A stretch of DNA of 63,813 nt, filler included, from Olpidium bornovanus S191 (GCA_017911155.1; 29 parts of 29 records of this genome joined end to end with filler, not necessarily neighbours in it), one strand, 5' to 3'. Positions 48,473-60,605 are shown, counted from the first letter of the whole stretch. Numbers and translations: made by a program. Notes: generated by a model from the letters alone, not told the origin.

Positions 48473-49455
48473 CATGGAGGCATCTTGAGAGCGGTACCAT
48501 CAACCGCGCAAAGTCGGTCCCCGAGCGGTCAGAAACAGGGAAGCGGGAAAAGGCATTGCGGGACCTGCCAGACCCGGCGCCTCCCTACTTTTGTCGGAAT
48601 GGCTCAACGGCGCCTCCACGTCCTCAAAAAGTTTCCGAAGGCGGGCGACGACCTGGTCGTCCACGAGCTTAAAATTCTGGTATTCGCTCGCCGGCCGCTG
48701 CGACTCCCGGGCGGCGTCCGCGGCACGGCCGGGATAGGCCCGTGAGCCGCGAGCGGTCGTGGTCGGGAATGGATACAGGAAGGCGCTGGTCGTTTTTTTT
48801 TTTTTGGGAAAGAAAACTTGGCAGGTCAGGCGTGAAAAGGCAGCCCTTTTCCCCGGAAAAGGGAGGAGGGTGAGGCGGCCGGGGCGGGGGAAATTTTCTT
48901 ACCTTTTGCCCACGTGGCTCGCGACGACAGCGAGCCTGTTGTCATGGGTGAGGGCCAGGTACGCGTTCAGGAAGACCAGGACGTGCTTCACCGCCTCTTC
49001 CAGAGACAGTGCGTCGCCGCCGTCGTCTCGGAGCCCTTTGCTGCGCGCCTTATCCCACACGAACGGGTTGGTGTCAAGAACGAAGACCAGCAACGATGAG
49101 TCGTCTGTTGGGAAAAAGCGCAGGAAAGAGAACCGAGGAGGTGGGGGAACAGTCAACAGGAGCCAAGAACGATGAGGCCGGTTGCTCGGTGCGGGAGAAC
49201 CCGCCTACGGCTGAGGTTGCGTCCGTCTCAGGAGTCCCGGGTCCAGCGGAAGCACCGAAAGGGCGGGCCAATTTTGTCCACGCAAGCCCGCCGCGTCCCC
49301 TTCCCGCCCCCCGGGCCCCCCCACCGCCCTTCCCCCAATCTCTCCCGCGCGCCCAACCCGCTGTGCCCGAGCCTTTCCCACCTCCCTCGCCCGGCTTCGT
49401 GCGCGCTGCGGCGTTTTCTCTCCTTCTCACCTTCCGACGGAGGGGAGTCCCGCAT
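48473..49455 (-). CDS. TFB4: TFIIH subunit Tfb4/p34, N-terminal exons (3' truncated)
   Basis: DDSSLLVFVLDTNPFVW...HVLVFLNAYLALTHDNRLAVVASH; downstream exon YQNFKLVDDQVVARLRKL. Confidence 0.88.
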
Positions 49456-50142
49456 GGCCTCGGGGGTCCGCGAGGATCTCTTTTCACTCGAGGACGGTTT
49501 TTTTCTTTTTTTTTCTTTTTTTTCTTTTTTTTTTTTTTTTTTTTTTTTTCCGGTCCAGACCGCACGCCCAAAAGGCGGGCTATAGGCAGGAAGGCCTGAG
49601 CGCCCTGTGCGCGCGTGCCAACCCTCCTCCGCCCTGAAGATACCGCTCGCCAGGGAAGTTTGGAAACGGCCTTCGGAGAATTAAAGAGCCGCGTCATCCC
49701 ACGTGAATACAATCATTCTCGTCCCCTCCCCTCACCCCCGAGTCGCTCCCCGCTGCGTCCGGCATTCTCCTGGCCGGCCAGGTCCTTCCACAAAACCTCC
49801 AATCCTTCCCCTCTCAACGCCGGCTAAGTCCTTCAACAAAACCACCACTCAACCACCCTTCTCCCCCCCCCACACCACACACACACACATATGCGGCAGC
49901 TCCGGGNNNNNNNNNNNNNNNNNNNNNNNNNNNNNNNNNNNNNNNNNNNNTTAATTAATTAANNNNNNNNNNNNNNNNNNNNNNNNNNNNNNNNNNNNNN
50001 NNNNNNCCCCCCCCCCCCCCCCTCTCCCCCCCCCCCCCCCCCCCCCCCTCCCCCCCCCCCGCCCCCCCCCCCCCCCCCCCCCCCCCCGGGGCGGGCCCCC
50101 CCCCCCCCCCCCCCCCCCCCCGCTCTCTCCGACACCCCGGGA

Positions 50143-51247
50143 ATGTCGTCGTACGGCGCGGCGCTGCAGGCCTGCAACAACGAGCTGGTGATATGTGAGA
50201 ACCCGGAGACCGAACGACGGCGGGGGACGGGGGAGAGGGGACGCCCGCTGCCGTGCGAATAACGATGGCGAAACAAGCGCGCGCGCGCCCCGGCATACTG
50301 CGCTGGCCCTCGCTTTTCTACTTTTCCCCGACAAAGTGCGCCTCACTATCTCCGCCCCTCCCCGCTCTCTCTCTCTCTCTCTTGCCAGGCCTAGAATCGC
50401 TGCGTGAAAAACGGAACGCGGTAGGAACGAGCTCCCTCCCCACTTCCCGATCCCGGTTTTTTTTTTATACTTTTTTCCCCTCCAACTCACTTTTTGTTTT
50501 CCTGCGTCGCTGAACTCAGAACCGCGGGCGTCCGCCTTCCCGTTCGTCCTCCTGCGCGACCGCGCGGATTCGGGATCCTCACAGATCGCGCGCGAGATCG
50601 AGAAGGAAGAAGGCGAGCGCGAAGAAATAGAGGACCAGGTTTAAAAGATTTGCTTTTTTTCCTTCTCGTTATTTCTCGCGCCCGAAAGAGGACGGGCGCC
50701 TTTCACCGGACCTGAAGGAACCTCGCCACTCGGAAAACGAGGGGAGTCCGTCTAAAATAAAAAAATTCTTTCCCCATCTTTTCTCGCGCTTTTTTTCCAG
50801 GTCCGACAGTGGACTCGGAAACTCGAACTCACGCAAGACTCCCTTTCGAAGAAATACGCGATGAAAAGCCAGTACGACGAGCGGCTCCGGGACGCGGAAA
50901 TCACGTTTTCAAAAGTAAACGCGCGCTGTCCCACACCCCCCCCCCCCCCCCCCTTCTTCCCCGACTGCCCCCGTCGTTCATTTTGTTTTTTTTTTTCGTT
51001 CCAGCGCGAGCACCGTGTTTGATTCGATCACACGCGGTTCCTTCTTCGACGGTTCATCGGCAAAAAAAAAACTCCCCATTCACTTCTAAAGATTGTAGCC
51101 ACTTCCAAAGACCTCTTGGAAACGCTCAGGCAGCAAGCCGCTGTCGCGCCTCCGCAGCAACTGCAGAACGGGGATTACCTCCCGGCGAATGCCAGGCGTT
51201 CAATAGACCTCGGGCGATCGCGGTCAGAATTGAAGATGGGAGAATAA
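50143..51247 (+). CDS. SSNA1: SSNA1/NA14/DIP13 centriolar-ciliary coiled-coil protein, complete, 135 aa (exons 50143-50194, 50389-50420, 50585-50638, 50801-50914, 51092-51247)
   Basis: Spliced MSSYGAALQACNNELVICLESLREKRNAIAREIEKEEGEREEIEDQVRQWTRKLELTQDSLSKKYAMKSQYDERLRDAEITFSKIVATSKDLLETLRQ. Aligns to recalled SSNA1 ([22 protein letters not shown]...KILESSQTLL). Confidence 0.88.
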
Positions 51248-52074
51248 AGGCGGGAAAGCGCGCCAGCGTCCGCCGGGAAGGCGCCGTCCGTGAGGCCGAA
51301 GATGGAGACGCGCTGCTAAAGGAGGCAAATCTCTGTTTTTGCTTTTGGTTATGCAAGCTCGCAAGCTTGCGAATGCGAGAAAAAAACCCCCGAAAATTTT
51401 TTCTTTCTTCTGGGTAGGAAGCAGAGGGAGGGGAAGAGGGCGAAACGCGATCGTCGACGACGCTATTTTTTTTCTCTTAAAAAAATGAGGCCGAGTTCGC
51501 GGCGGAGCCGAACCGCGGGCATGGTTCGAATCACTCACAGGGTTTGACGGCAGCTCTGGCGGTGTGAAATTCACGCGTGGAATTGCGGAAGGGTCGCGAG
51601 GCGAGGGAGGGAGGAAGGATGTGGTGAGGTGAGCAAAAAGGAAAAGGGGAGAGGAACGCGACGCCGTTTTGCGTTTGATTATTTGTTTTTTTTTCCGCGA
51701 CGATTTATTCGGGCCCGGAAAATGCGCGAAAATCGGGCGAGGCCCACCCACCCCCCCCCCTTCCCTTCCCCCCAAGAAACGAACTGGGTCGGGAACGCGG
51801 GGTTCGGCCCGCTTATTCCGCCATCTCCGGCGTCTCCCGGCAAAAATCAAAGATAAAAAAAATGGTTTCAGTTCTCGAGCGCGGGCGGTGGCGGCACTCC
51901 CCGCCGCCCGGCCCGGCCCCGATTCTCTCTCGTCGACAGGTTAAAGTCGCGCAAAAATCCTGCGTTTGTGACNNNNNNNNNNNNNNNNNNNNNNNNNNNN
52001 NNNNNNNNNNNNNNNNTTAATTAATTAANNNNNNNNNNNNNNNNNNNNNNNNNNNNNNNNNNNNNNNNNNNNCA

Positions 52075-52629
52075 TGGTATCCGCTGAATCGCTTATGGTA
52101 TCCGGAGGATTATGACCGACCGCCGTATTTTGACGAGGAGGATGTAAGGGTGCAATATGGGGAATTCCCCGGAAATTTCCAAAGGCAGACGGTCGCCAAG
52201 TGGATTGTGAGCTTTGCGCGCAACCGTTGCAGTGCGAGCAAATCTCAAATCCTTCAGGCCGCCAAGAAATGGATTGAGGATCCTGATGAAATACGGCGGG
52301 TTTGGCGCGATGATCCTGATAGAATATCGGTTGCTTGGCGCGCAAGTGTCTGGAAGCTTGCCAGACTGGAGGTCCTGGTTTCTGAAATCAAAGATATGGC
52401 GGACGACTTTGTGGAGCAGCTCCAGCCGAACGAAAAGTCGACGGAGCAGAAGCAGTCCGTCATGTACACAGAGTACGAATCACACTACGATGCCATGATC
52501 GGACCAAACAGGATATCAGGGGATTCACTGCTAGTCACACCTTTATCCCCCGAACATAGCGTAGCACCGGAGCAGTTTTTCGTTGACGTTTTAGTGGAGC
52601 CCGAACCTGCTGTTCGGTTCGATTTGTGA
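52075..52629 (+). CDS. C-terminal part of a hypothetical protein
   Basis: Open frame from the contig start: WYPLNRLWYPEDYDRPPYFDEED...PAVRFDL*. Globular-looking composition; no family recognised. Confidence 0.55.
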   Translation, partial: WYPLNRLWYPEDYDRPPYFDEEDVRVQYGEFPGNFQRQTVAKWIVSFARNRCSASKSQILQAAKKWIEDPDEIRRVWRDDPDRISVAWRASVWKLARLEVLVSEIKDMADDFVEQLQPNEKSTEQKQSVMYTEYESHYDAMIGPNRISGDSLLVTPLSPEHSVAPEQFFVDVLVEPEPAVRFDL

Positions 52630-52938
52630 TTCCTGCCGCGCGTGCACCCGTCGTTGGCCCCCTTTGTAGAGAACTCCCTAGTCCCCCGCCATGTAGAAAA
52701 AGGGCCGGGGGAAAAAAACCAGTAAAAACAAAACGCCCTCCCCCCCCCCCCCCCCCAAAAAAAAGGGGGGGGGGAAAAAAACCAAAAAAAAAAAAACCCC
52801 CCCCCCCCCCCCCCCCGCGATTTACAGTTCTCCTTCCTTTTCGCCGGTTCTCGCGGGCCCCCCGCGCGCGCGCGGCGCATCTTCTTCGCCTTCTCCTCAG
52901 GCTCGCGGCTAAAACATCCTTGATCTGCCTTTTTTTTG

Positions 52939-53019
<81 letters not shown>

Positions 53020-53279
53020 CGAACGCTCGGTGACGTCACGTGCCCGTCACGTTCCGCGGCCGACGCCACACTTCGCACCGAACCCGCTCCGCGGCGGTCG
53101 GAGCTCGCGCTCCCCTTCGAAANNNNNNNNNNNNNNNNNNNNNNNNNNNNNNNNNNNNNNNNNNNNTTAATTAATTAANNNNNNNNNNNNNNNNNNNNNN
53201 NNNNNNNNNNNNNNNNNNNNNNCATGAAATACTAACTTGTTTTACCTGTTCCAAATCTCTTCTCAAAAATGTCACTGCA

Positions 53280-53480
53280 GACAAATCCGAATTCACCGCT
53301 CTGACCGCGGAGGCGAATATGTCTTGCAGAGTTACCAGCAGTACCTGGAGAATGCCTGTATCTGACCCAAATCAAATATCCGGGAAACTCCTGAACAGAA
53401 TGGAGCAGCCGAACGTTTCAATTGCACGATTGAAGAATGCATCAGCGTGACGCTACATTCGACGCAACTTTTCATATTGC
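53280..53480 (+). mobile_element. Ty1/copia integrase core fragment
   Basis: IHRSDRGGEYVLQSYQQYLEN...IRETPEQNGAAERFNCTIEE, with an in-frame stop. Confidence 0.85.
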
Positions 53481-53908
53481 GCACGCACCAAGCTGCGTGG
53501 AGGCGGAAGTCCCCGGCACCAGCGTACAAATTCTCGCGCAGGGTCCGCGGGTGCTCGGCGATAGCATCCGCGGATTCACGGCGGCAGGATTTGCCTCAGG
53601 ATTTGATCGCCGGCGCAGAATTCACAGCAGGATTTGCCAGGAGGACGCGCCGCAAAATTTACACCCCGAAGGCGAGCGGGATGGTGGACAATGGGAGGGA
53701 GAGCAGCGAACGCGCGCTGGTTTCTCCTGAAACTCAAACGTTTGTGGCGCCCTGCCGACCAGTCGTGTGGTCACGTGATGCACAAGTGCGCCGGAAAATC
53801 GTAAACAAACCGCCGCGCCGACTGGGACACGCCCTTTTTCCCGTTTTGCACTGCGAGCCCGCGACGTACCGCGACTCCCGTCTCCCGTCACTTCAATACC
53901 AACGCAAC

Positions 53909-54724
53909 ATGCCGAAGATCACCGATCCCACCTTCGCTGTCCAACGTGAACAAGTCGGCCCTGCTTTTGGCGGACACGGCTCCGCTGCAGTCACGTTGTT
54001 CCAAGGCTTCACGGGATTGTCCGAGACACCACAGCTGGACGCATTTTCCACCACACTTGGGGCAATAGTCCTCAGGAGTCTTTTCAAGCGGTTTGTGAAG
54101 AAGCCCCGCAAGAGGGGCTTCCTCCCTATCTTGGAAGCGACCTTCTGCCGTAACGCTGAAAGGGCAGCCAAGGTTGCTAGGACTTTCCACGTTCGCCACC
54201 AGGAAGGAACACTTCCAAGTGAACTGCAAGATTGGCTACAAACAAATTTCAAGACTCGGACGCCAAGCTCTACCTCACTCTCCACCTTCAGGAGGCTTGC
54301 TAACCTTCTTCGAACGGCGTTCGAAGCGACCAGCATCAGGCTGAATGGGCAACCGCTGGATCGTACCGCAGTGTCGCTGGAGAGGCTCATTTCACAGGAG
54401 GACCATTGTCCAGGAGCCATTGCGCCGTTAAAAGAATTCCTTCAGGGTGCAAACGATGGGGATACAGTCGTTGATGCTGCCCTAAAAGTCGATGCAGGCG
54501 AACTCATTGATGAAAAGTGGTCATTTCTATCACCTGGCGGTCTCGATGTTCGACGGGCCGGCTGTTCAACGGTAGTTGCTCTTCCTGGTGACATAACCGA
54601 CGAAAAGTTTTCATGTCGTCCACCACCGGGATTTGACGCTCGGCAGGCGGGCTACTCAACGGTAGCCGCTTGTCCTGATCCGGCCGGGCGGCACGCCGGG
54701 GTCAGCGGCTTTCGAGGTGTCTGA
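53909..54724 (+). CDS. Hypothetical intronless ORF (about 271 aa) with a 30-aa C-terminal duplication
   Basis: MPKITDPTF... open to a stop; DEKWSFLSPGGLDVRRAGCSTVVALP / DEKFSCRPPPGFDARQAGYSTVAACP. Confidence 0.45.
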   Translation: MPKITDPTFAVQREQVGPAFGGHGSAAVTLFQGFTGLSETPQLDAFSTTLGAIVLRSLFKRFVKKPRKRGFLPILEATFCRNAERAAKVARTFHVRHQEGTLPSELQDWLQTNFKTRTPSSTSLSTFRRLANLLRTAFEATSIRLNGQPLDRTAVSLERLISQEDHCPGAIAPLKEFLQGANDGDTVVDAALKVDAGELIDEKWSFLSPGGLDVRRAGCSTVVALPGDITDEKFSCRPPPGFDARQAGYSTVAACPDPAGRHAGVSGFRGV

Positions 54725-55952
54725 AGGAGACGCGCATGACTGAACGATGAAGAATCCGCGCCCGGCGCTCGGCTGTACCACCTCCCCCACACCCCTTCCC
54801 CCCGCCCCCCTTCCTCCTCCTCCTCTTCCCCCCGGCGTCGAAGAGGACAAGGTCGGAGGTGGTGAGGAGGTCGAAAATGAAGCGGTCTGAGAAAGAAAAG
54901 GTTGGCTTTGAAGAGGAAGAACGGTTCGTGTTTTAATGGCAGTCGGATGGAGCGACGAACAAGCAGGTATTACTTACTTTTTCCGCATCTTTAATATTGA
55001 CATTTACGTACTTCGAGATGTGGCCAATTTTCGGGGAAGTGGGGAGTGGAGGGCGCGGTGGTGACATCCCAATTCCCCCCCCCCGGACCAAGGCTCGCAG
55101 CCCTTGTAAACCAGCTCTCAACTGGGAGTTCGCTATGCGTGGAAGGGCGGGTCTGTTGTCGAAAGAATGGAGAGGCCACGTCCAGCTTGTAAGGTGCCTG
55201 TGGTCACCACCCGCTGCGGGCCTTTTATGCGCTCAGTCCGGCGTTGCGTTGATGCTTGACAGTGCGCCGGTCGCGTCCCTTCCTTTAGGGCTCCGACGCA
55301 CGCGCGCTGTCTTAACCCTTGGCGCTTTGATAACTGCGCCGGCCGCTCTACGCATCATATTTCTTTTTTCTACTTTAACCAAATGTGTTCTTTCATGAAA
55401 GTCGGGAAGACGCCGCGCTCTTTGAATGCTCGAGTATGGTGTCGTTAGGCCCATTTGCACGACATGGGCCGCGCCTGTGAATCTTGAGCCGAAGAAGGGC
55501 GGGAGTACCTGTTTTTGCATAGTTTTATTGGGAGCTAACAAGGTCCCGTGCATCCGCTTCTGCGTATCGATAATGCCGTTTACGACGTCCCTACATGGAA
55601 AATTTTCTCCGTAAATATATAAAGGCGCAACAGTGGGGGGGGGCCTGCCGAGAGCACTGCTAGGGCGCTCGTCGATGTGCCGGCAATCTGGGCTTGTCCC
55701 GTCGACGATTCCACCGGCCGACAAGTCGACGCTATCTCGCCTTGCTCCCCTCACTTCGCCGATCGACCCTACGTCCCGACGCCAACCATCCCCTCCGACC
55801 GTATTGTCAAAGCCAACTGAGGCCCCGGCCGGCGACGACCCCCCTCGGCAGGNNNNNNNNNNNNNNNNNNNNNNNNNNNNNNNNNNNNNNNNNNNNTTAA
55901 TTAATTAANNNNNNNNNNNNNNNNNNNNNNNNNNNNNNNNNNNNNNNNNNNN

Positions 55953-57078
55953 CATGCCCGCCATTCCACCCGGAGCCGCGCTTTCATCGCTGTCCTCGTC
56001 TTCGTCCTTCCACCTTGAGAAGTCCGTCTTGAGGAAGGAGGGCTTGTTGTCGCCTTTTTGCAGGCGCGGCCACCAGGGCTTGTCTACATCGGCCTTGCCA
56101 ATTACAAGGAAGACCTGCCGGTCGTTCGAAAGCTTTTTACTCGTCTGCGATAAATTGTTTGATAAAAGGGAGTGGAAGGTAAACGCAGACGCGTCAGTTC
56201 CGGTCACGCGAGCGCAAAACCTGAAGGAAACGTGTGGCGCGGCTTTAACGGCGGCCGGATATGGTAGGAAAGACCGGTGCGCGCCGGCGTCATTCCCATA
56301 AAGATGGAGTTACGGGAGATACCCGTCCACATCGCGTCACACCGTCGGTATTAAACCTTTTCCCTACCTTCCCCCGCCCCCCCCTCCCGCCTCCCGACGC
56401 CTCCTTCTACGACGGCGCCCGGTTCCAGGCCATCCTTCGCCGTCTTTGCCTTTCGCCCATTGTCTTTAATACCCTATGCCCTCCCGCCCCTCCATCCAAA
56501 CACCCACCTCCGGGTTGACCTTGCCGTAGAACTCTAGCTCGAACTCGTACACCTTCCCCTCCTGACCAGCGACCGAGGTCTGAAAGAGCAGCTTCTCCTC
56601 AGAGAGGTCGATCTTAGGGTCCCTGGCATCCTGTACGTTGATGGTGACGTACAGCTCGTTGTCACGCTGGGCCCAGCGTACCTCGGGGTGAGCGGTCGTT
56701 CTGCGACGAACGCGAGAGCGAGGGAATAGAAAGGCGGAAGAGAAAGCGGGCGTTGAAACGGTAACGCAGGAAGTCAGGAAAACCGTTATGCATTCTTCCT
56801 TTACACGGTGCTCCCCTTACGTTCGACGTTCAGGGCAGGAAAGGGGAGTAGTAGGGGAAGCGAACGGGCAGCAGCGGGTGTGCGGACGCTTGACGAGCGA
56901 CGTTTTCTCAAGCGCGGGAAAAAAAAGGAGGTTCGTCGCGTGGTTTTTAGGTCTGGCCTTTTTCACAGACGTTCTGTTCTGTCGCGCGCCGCTCCCCTAC
57001 GCGCTTCTCGCCTCACTGGCGGGGACGGGGCGGGAAGCGTGGGGGGGGGAGAGACCACACGCACATCGAGGGGACCAT
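55953..57078 (-). CDS. SBA1: Hsp90 co-chaperone p23 (Sba1/Wos2), 3' truncated
   Basis: MVPSI|TTAHPEVRWAQRDNELYVTINV...YEFELEFYGK|...WWPRLQKGDNKPSFLKTDFSRWKDEDE. Confidence 0.92.
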
Positions 57079-58599
57079 GACCGCGGCTGCTAATGCTGTC
57101 TTGAGTAATGTCCCCGTTTCCCCGGGTGTGTTGGTCGGGGGAGGGGCTGTGGGGGGAAGAAAGGGAGAAACGGAACAAAAAAAAAAAGAAAACACACGAA
57201 GAGAAAACTCAAGTCTTTCCCTGACCCTCGTTGGCTGTGCCCATGACACTGCGGAAACCGCCGTGTGGCTTCTCTCACGAGCATACGGGCATCGCTTTGC
57301 CGTAAAGATGGAATTCGCCCAATGGCAATCCAGTGCCGGTAGTTGTTCCAGCGTATAGTGCNNNNNNNNNNNNNNNNNNNNNNNNNNNNNNNNNNNNNNN
57401 NNNNNTTAATTAATTAANNNNNNNNNNNNNNNNNNNNNNNNNNNNNNNNNNNNNNNNNNNNCATGCTACCTCGGCCTGTCCCTATCAGGTCGAGCAAGTA
57501 TTTGAAAACGTCAACCAAGTAGAATCGACCTTAGCTGCCGAACTCCGCATCCACCCGGAATTCCAGAAGGCCTCCTCAGGCCGTATCGAAATCCGACGAA
57601 GGTCCCCATACCACGCGACGTAACTCGCTCAGACCCGTCAGACGCGGTGGGCAAGTTTGTCGAGACGGAACGGATCTTCGGGCGCCGCCGCCAGCACGGA
57701 CAGACACCATACGGAAGGGATACGACGCCTCCGGGGACACGTGGGAACCGACGTAAAATCTCCGAGGTGCCAAGCAGGCGGTACATGAATTGCTTAGGCG
57801 ACCCGATGTTAAACTGCTCAGCGACCAGGACCACCGGACCCTTCCAACAGGAGGACGCCGGAATGTCCTCGGCATGACATTCAACTGCTAGACCGGCTGC
57901 GCCGGGCATCATCCTGACACAAGAAGCCGGACAGGCGCCAGCGGCGCGTCTTCCTGAGCGCCGCAAAGCCTCCTCACCCACTCCCACACCGAGGCATGTT
58001 AACCAAGGCCTACACTCCCGCACCCCGCCGTTTTGTTAAGTTTACAGCTTCTTTATTGGAAGGAAGAAATTTACGCGTTATGAGGTACAAAACATGCAGG
58101 GGTTTTGAATAACTGGCCGCGAATCAAACGAGAATCAAGAAAGGCGAAATTCAATTCAACACGTTCAACGTTGATGACCGCCCCCGCGCACGCGACCTCC
58201 CCGCACGACGTCTCCGACCGGCCCCTGTTCACCTTCCGAGTCATCATCTTGCGACCTTGGCACGTCGCGACGAAACTGTTTCAATGAGACTGTGGACGAG
58301 CCCAACGGACTCAGGCTTCCTGCGGTCATTGGCACCGGGAAGTACGGGGGAGCGTATTGTCCGCCGCTTACTGCAGGCGAAGCCGTGCCCACCTCGGGTC
58401 ACGTGCCCCATGCTCCTCCTTCCCTTGCACATTTTTTGTCCCCAAAGACGGCACGCACGCGGCTCCGCTGTCAAAATCCCTCCCCTCGCCTGCTCAAAGA
58501 ACTCGCTTGCCTCCTCCCGGTGATCCTCTATAGTCCGCGAAGTGGGGCTTCCGGCTTCGGTGTGAGCGAGTCCTGCGGCGCATCAACAAATGCATCAGT

Positions 58600-59165
58600 T
58601 GCAACGTCGTCCGATTCCGCGTCCTGGGTTTCCGTCCCCCATGCCCCTTAGTCGCCTTCAGACCCGAACTCATGCGGGATCGCTTGGTATCAGAAAATCT
58701 TTCTCGTTTGTCCGAGATCTGGGCTCGGCGCCGACGTCGCTCGGAGCCCGCTCTTGTCTTCCAAGAAATGGACGCCACGGCTTCACAGAGTGCAAACATG
58801 GGGATGGGAAGCGGAGAGATAAACTGTCGTGTAGCCGTGTCCCAAACCTTCCAACGCTTCTGCCGGTCGACGTAGCCCACGAATGCCATGGGCTTTGCGT
58901 TTGGCACTAGTTACTAATCTGCGCCGCTCCTTCGGCACATGTACAAAGGCGAGACAACCAAAAATGCGGAGGTGCCTTAGGGATGGCACCCAGCCCGCCC
59001 ATGCTTCGAATAGACTCATTCCAGGGGCGGTGTGTGGAACACGGTTGTACCAATGAAGCACGCATGCCGGCGCCTCCGCCCAAGAGCGTTCCGGCACATT
59101 GTGGTGTAGGAGTCGGCAGCGTGCCCGCTTGAGTAGCGTTCGGTTGACGCGTTCTTTCATTCCAT
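58600..59165 (-). mobile_element. Ty1/copia integrase C-terminal / SH3-like fragment, degenerate
   Basis: ERVNRTLLKRARC...WAEA...YNRVPH...FEAWAG..PSLRHLRIFGCLAFVHVPKERR; FVGY...WKVWD. Confidence 0.87.
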
Positions 59166-60048
59166 TTTGGTGGGGTGTCTTTCACCGTCAGCTGTACGCG
59201 TGGCGTGTACCTTCAGCGAAAGCTGCCCATTCGCCGATGACGCACTCTCCTCCCCCGTCTTTTGCACTATAAAAAAACCCCCCGTCTTCTTGGAGACGGT
59301 TGGGTCCATATCCTGTCCCCAGTTGCACGGCTTCGGCGTACGCTCGGAAGCCTGTGGCGGCTTAGTGATGGTCTCTATCTCTCTGTCTGCTCTGCTCGTC
59401 GCCGTCGTCATCGCCGTCATTCTCAGAAGGGAACGGTCTTACGGGTGCCGTCCTGCCCAGGAGTGCAAAACGTTTGCAGGGAATAAGTAGCAAGTTCTGC
59501 CGGCACCACTGGGCCTTTGATTTCTCTTTGTCCCCGCCGATCCACGGCTTTGTATCGTCCTTCAGCCGCGCCTTTTTTCCCTCTCTTTTTACGTTTGCTT
59601 TGTCCGTTGCGGGAGTTCGCTTTTGGGAAGGCGGCTTCATTTTGTTGGGCGGGCGCTACACGTATAGGGGGGGAGAGGAACGGATCGCCTCACATTTCCC
59701 ATTCAGCCAGCTGGGATAATTGTAAACGCGGAATTTCTGTTCTTTGATCTGCAATCGCGTTTTTTTTTTCATTAACAGCGTGGCGCAAATGTGCCGATGT
59801 CAGAGGCCGAAGCCCATCGACAAATTCCACAATAAAACCGGTCTGGACATGACCGGGCTAGAACGATCATTTCCTGGTTTGCTTTGCGCTGTGCGATGTC
59901 ACTCCATTGCAACGCGGATAGGCCTGAGGTGCTCGGCTCTACGGCAGGNNNNNNNNNNNNNNNNNNNNNNNNNNNNNNNNNNNNNNNNNNNNTTAATTAA
60001 TTAANNNNNNNNNNNNNNNNNNNNNNNNNNNNNNNNNNNNNNNNNNNN

Positions 60049-60083
<35 letters not shown>

Positions 60084-60085
60084 CC

Positions 60086-60282
60086 GGAACAGGCTGCTGT
60101 CAAAGCACTTGAAGTCCAACCAAGTGAGCGAGGCGGGCGGCTGGAAGTTGATCAGGTGACGGTTGCGCCCAGGCCGCCGCCCTCTCTCGTGCGAAACCTG
60201 CGTTCCTGCACACACCGACGCTTCAGCTCACGGCGTCGTCCGCCCCCTTCTCCCCCCCCCCCCCCCCCCCCCTTCCCCCCCC

Positions 60283-60316
<34 letters not shown>

Positions 60317-60605
60317 ACCCGCCTTTCCCCACGGGCGCGCGCCGGGGCGCATCAGCGACCTGAACGCCTACCACGCCTGGGCGACAACGCTGCGCAACGC
60401 GGACGTCACCCTCCACTTCACGGCGCTCAAGGAGCTCGGCAACCTGTTCATCGTCCCGGGCCACGCCTGCAAGGGCATCCTGTACGACATGCAGAGGTTT
60501 AAGGGGATCATCCGCGTGGAGGACCTCATGGAGTTCGTGGAGATGCGGACGGACTTCAAGAAGCTGAAGCTCACGGAAGCGATGGACGAGTGCGTGGTCA
60601 GCTGA
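60086..60605 (+). CDS. RCY1: Recyclin Rcy1 (F-box/Sec10-like), C-terminal exons ending in a CaaX box
   Basis: LLSKHLKSNQVSEAGGWKLI|SDLNAYHAW...FTALKELGNLFIV...RFKGIIRVEDLMEFVEMRTDF...ECVVS*. Confidence 0.8.

Noticed and set aside
32422-51247. Apparent cluster of cytoskeletal/ciliary genes (PGG protein, MOK, SSNA1)
   Set aside because: Each lies on a different contig separated by artificial linkers, so no linkage can be inferred.
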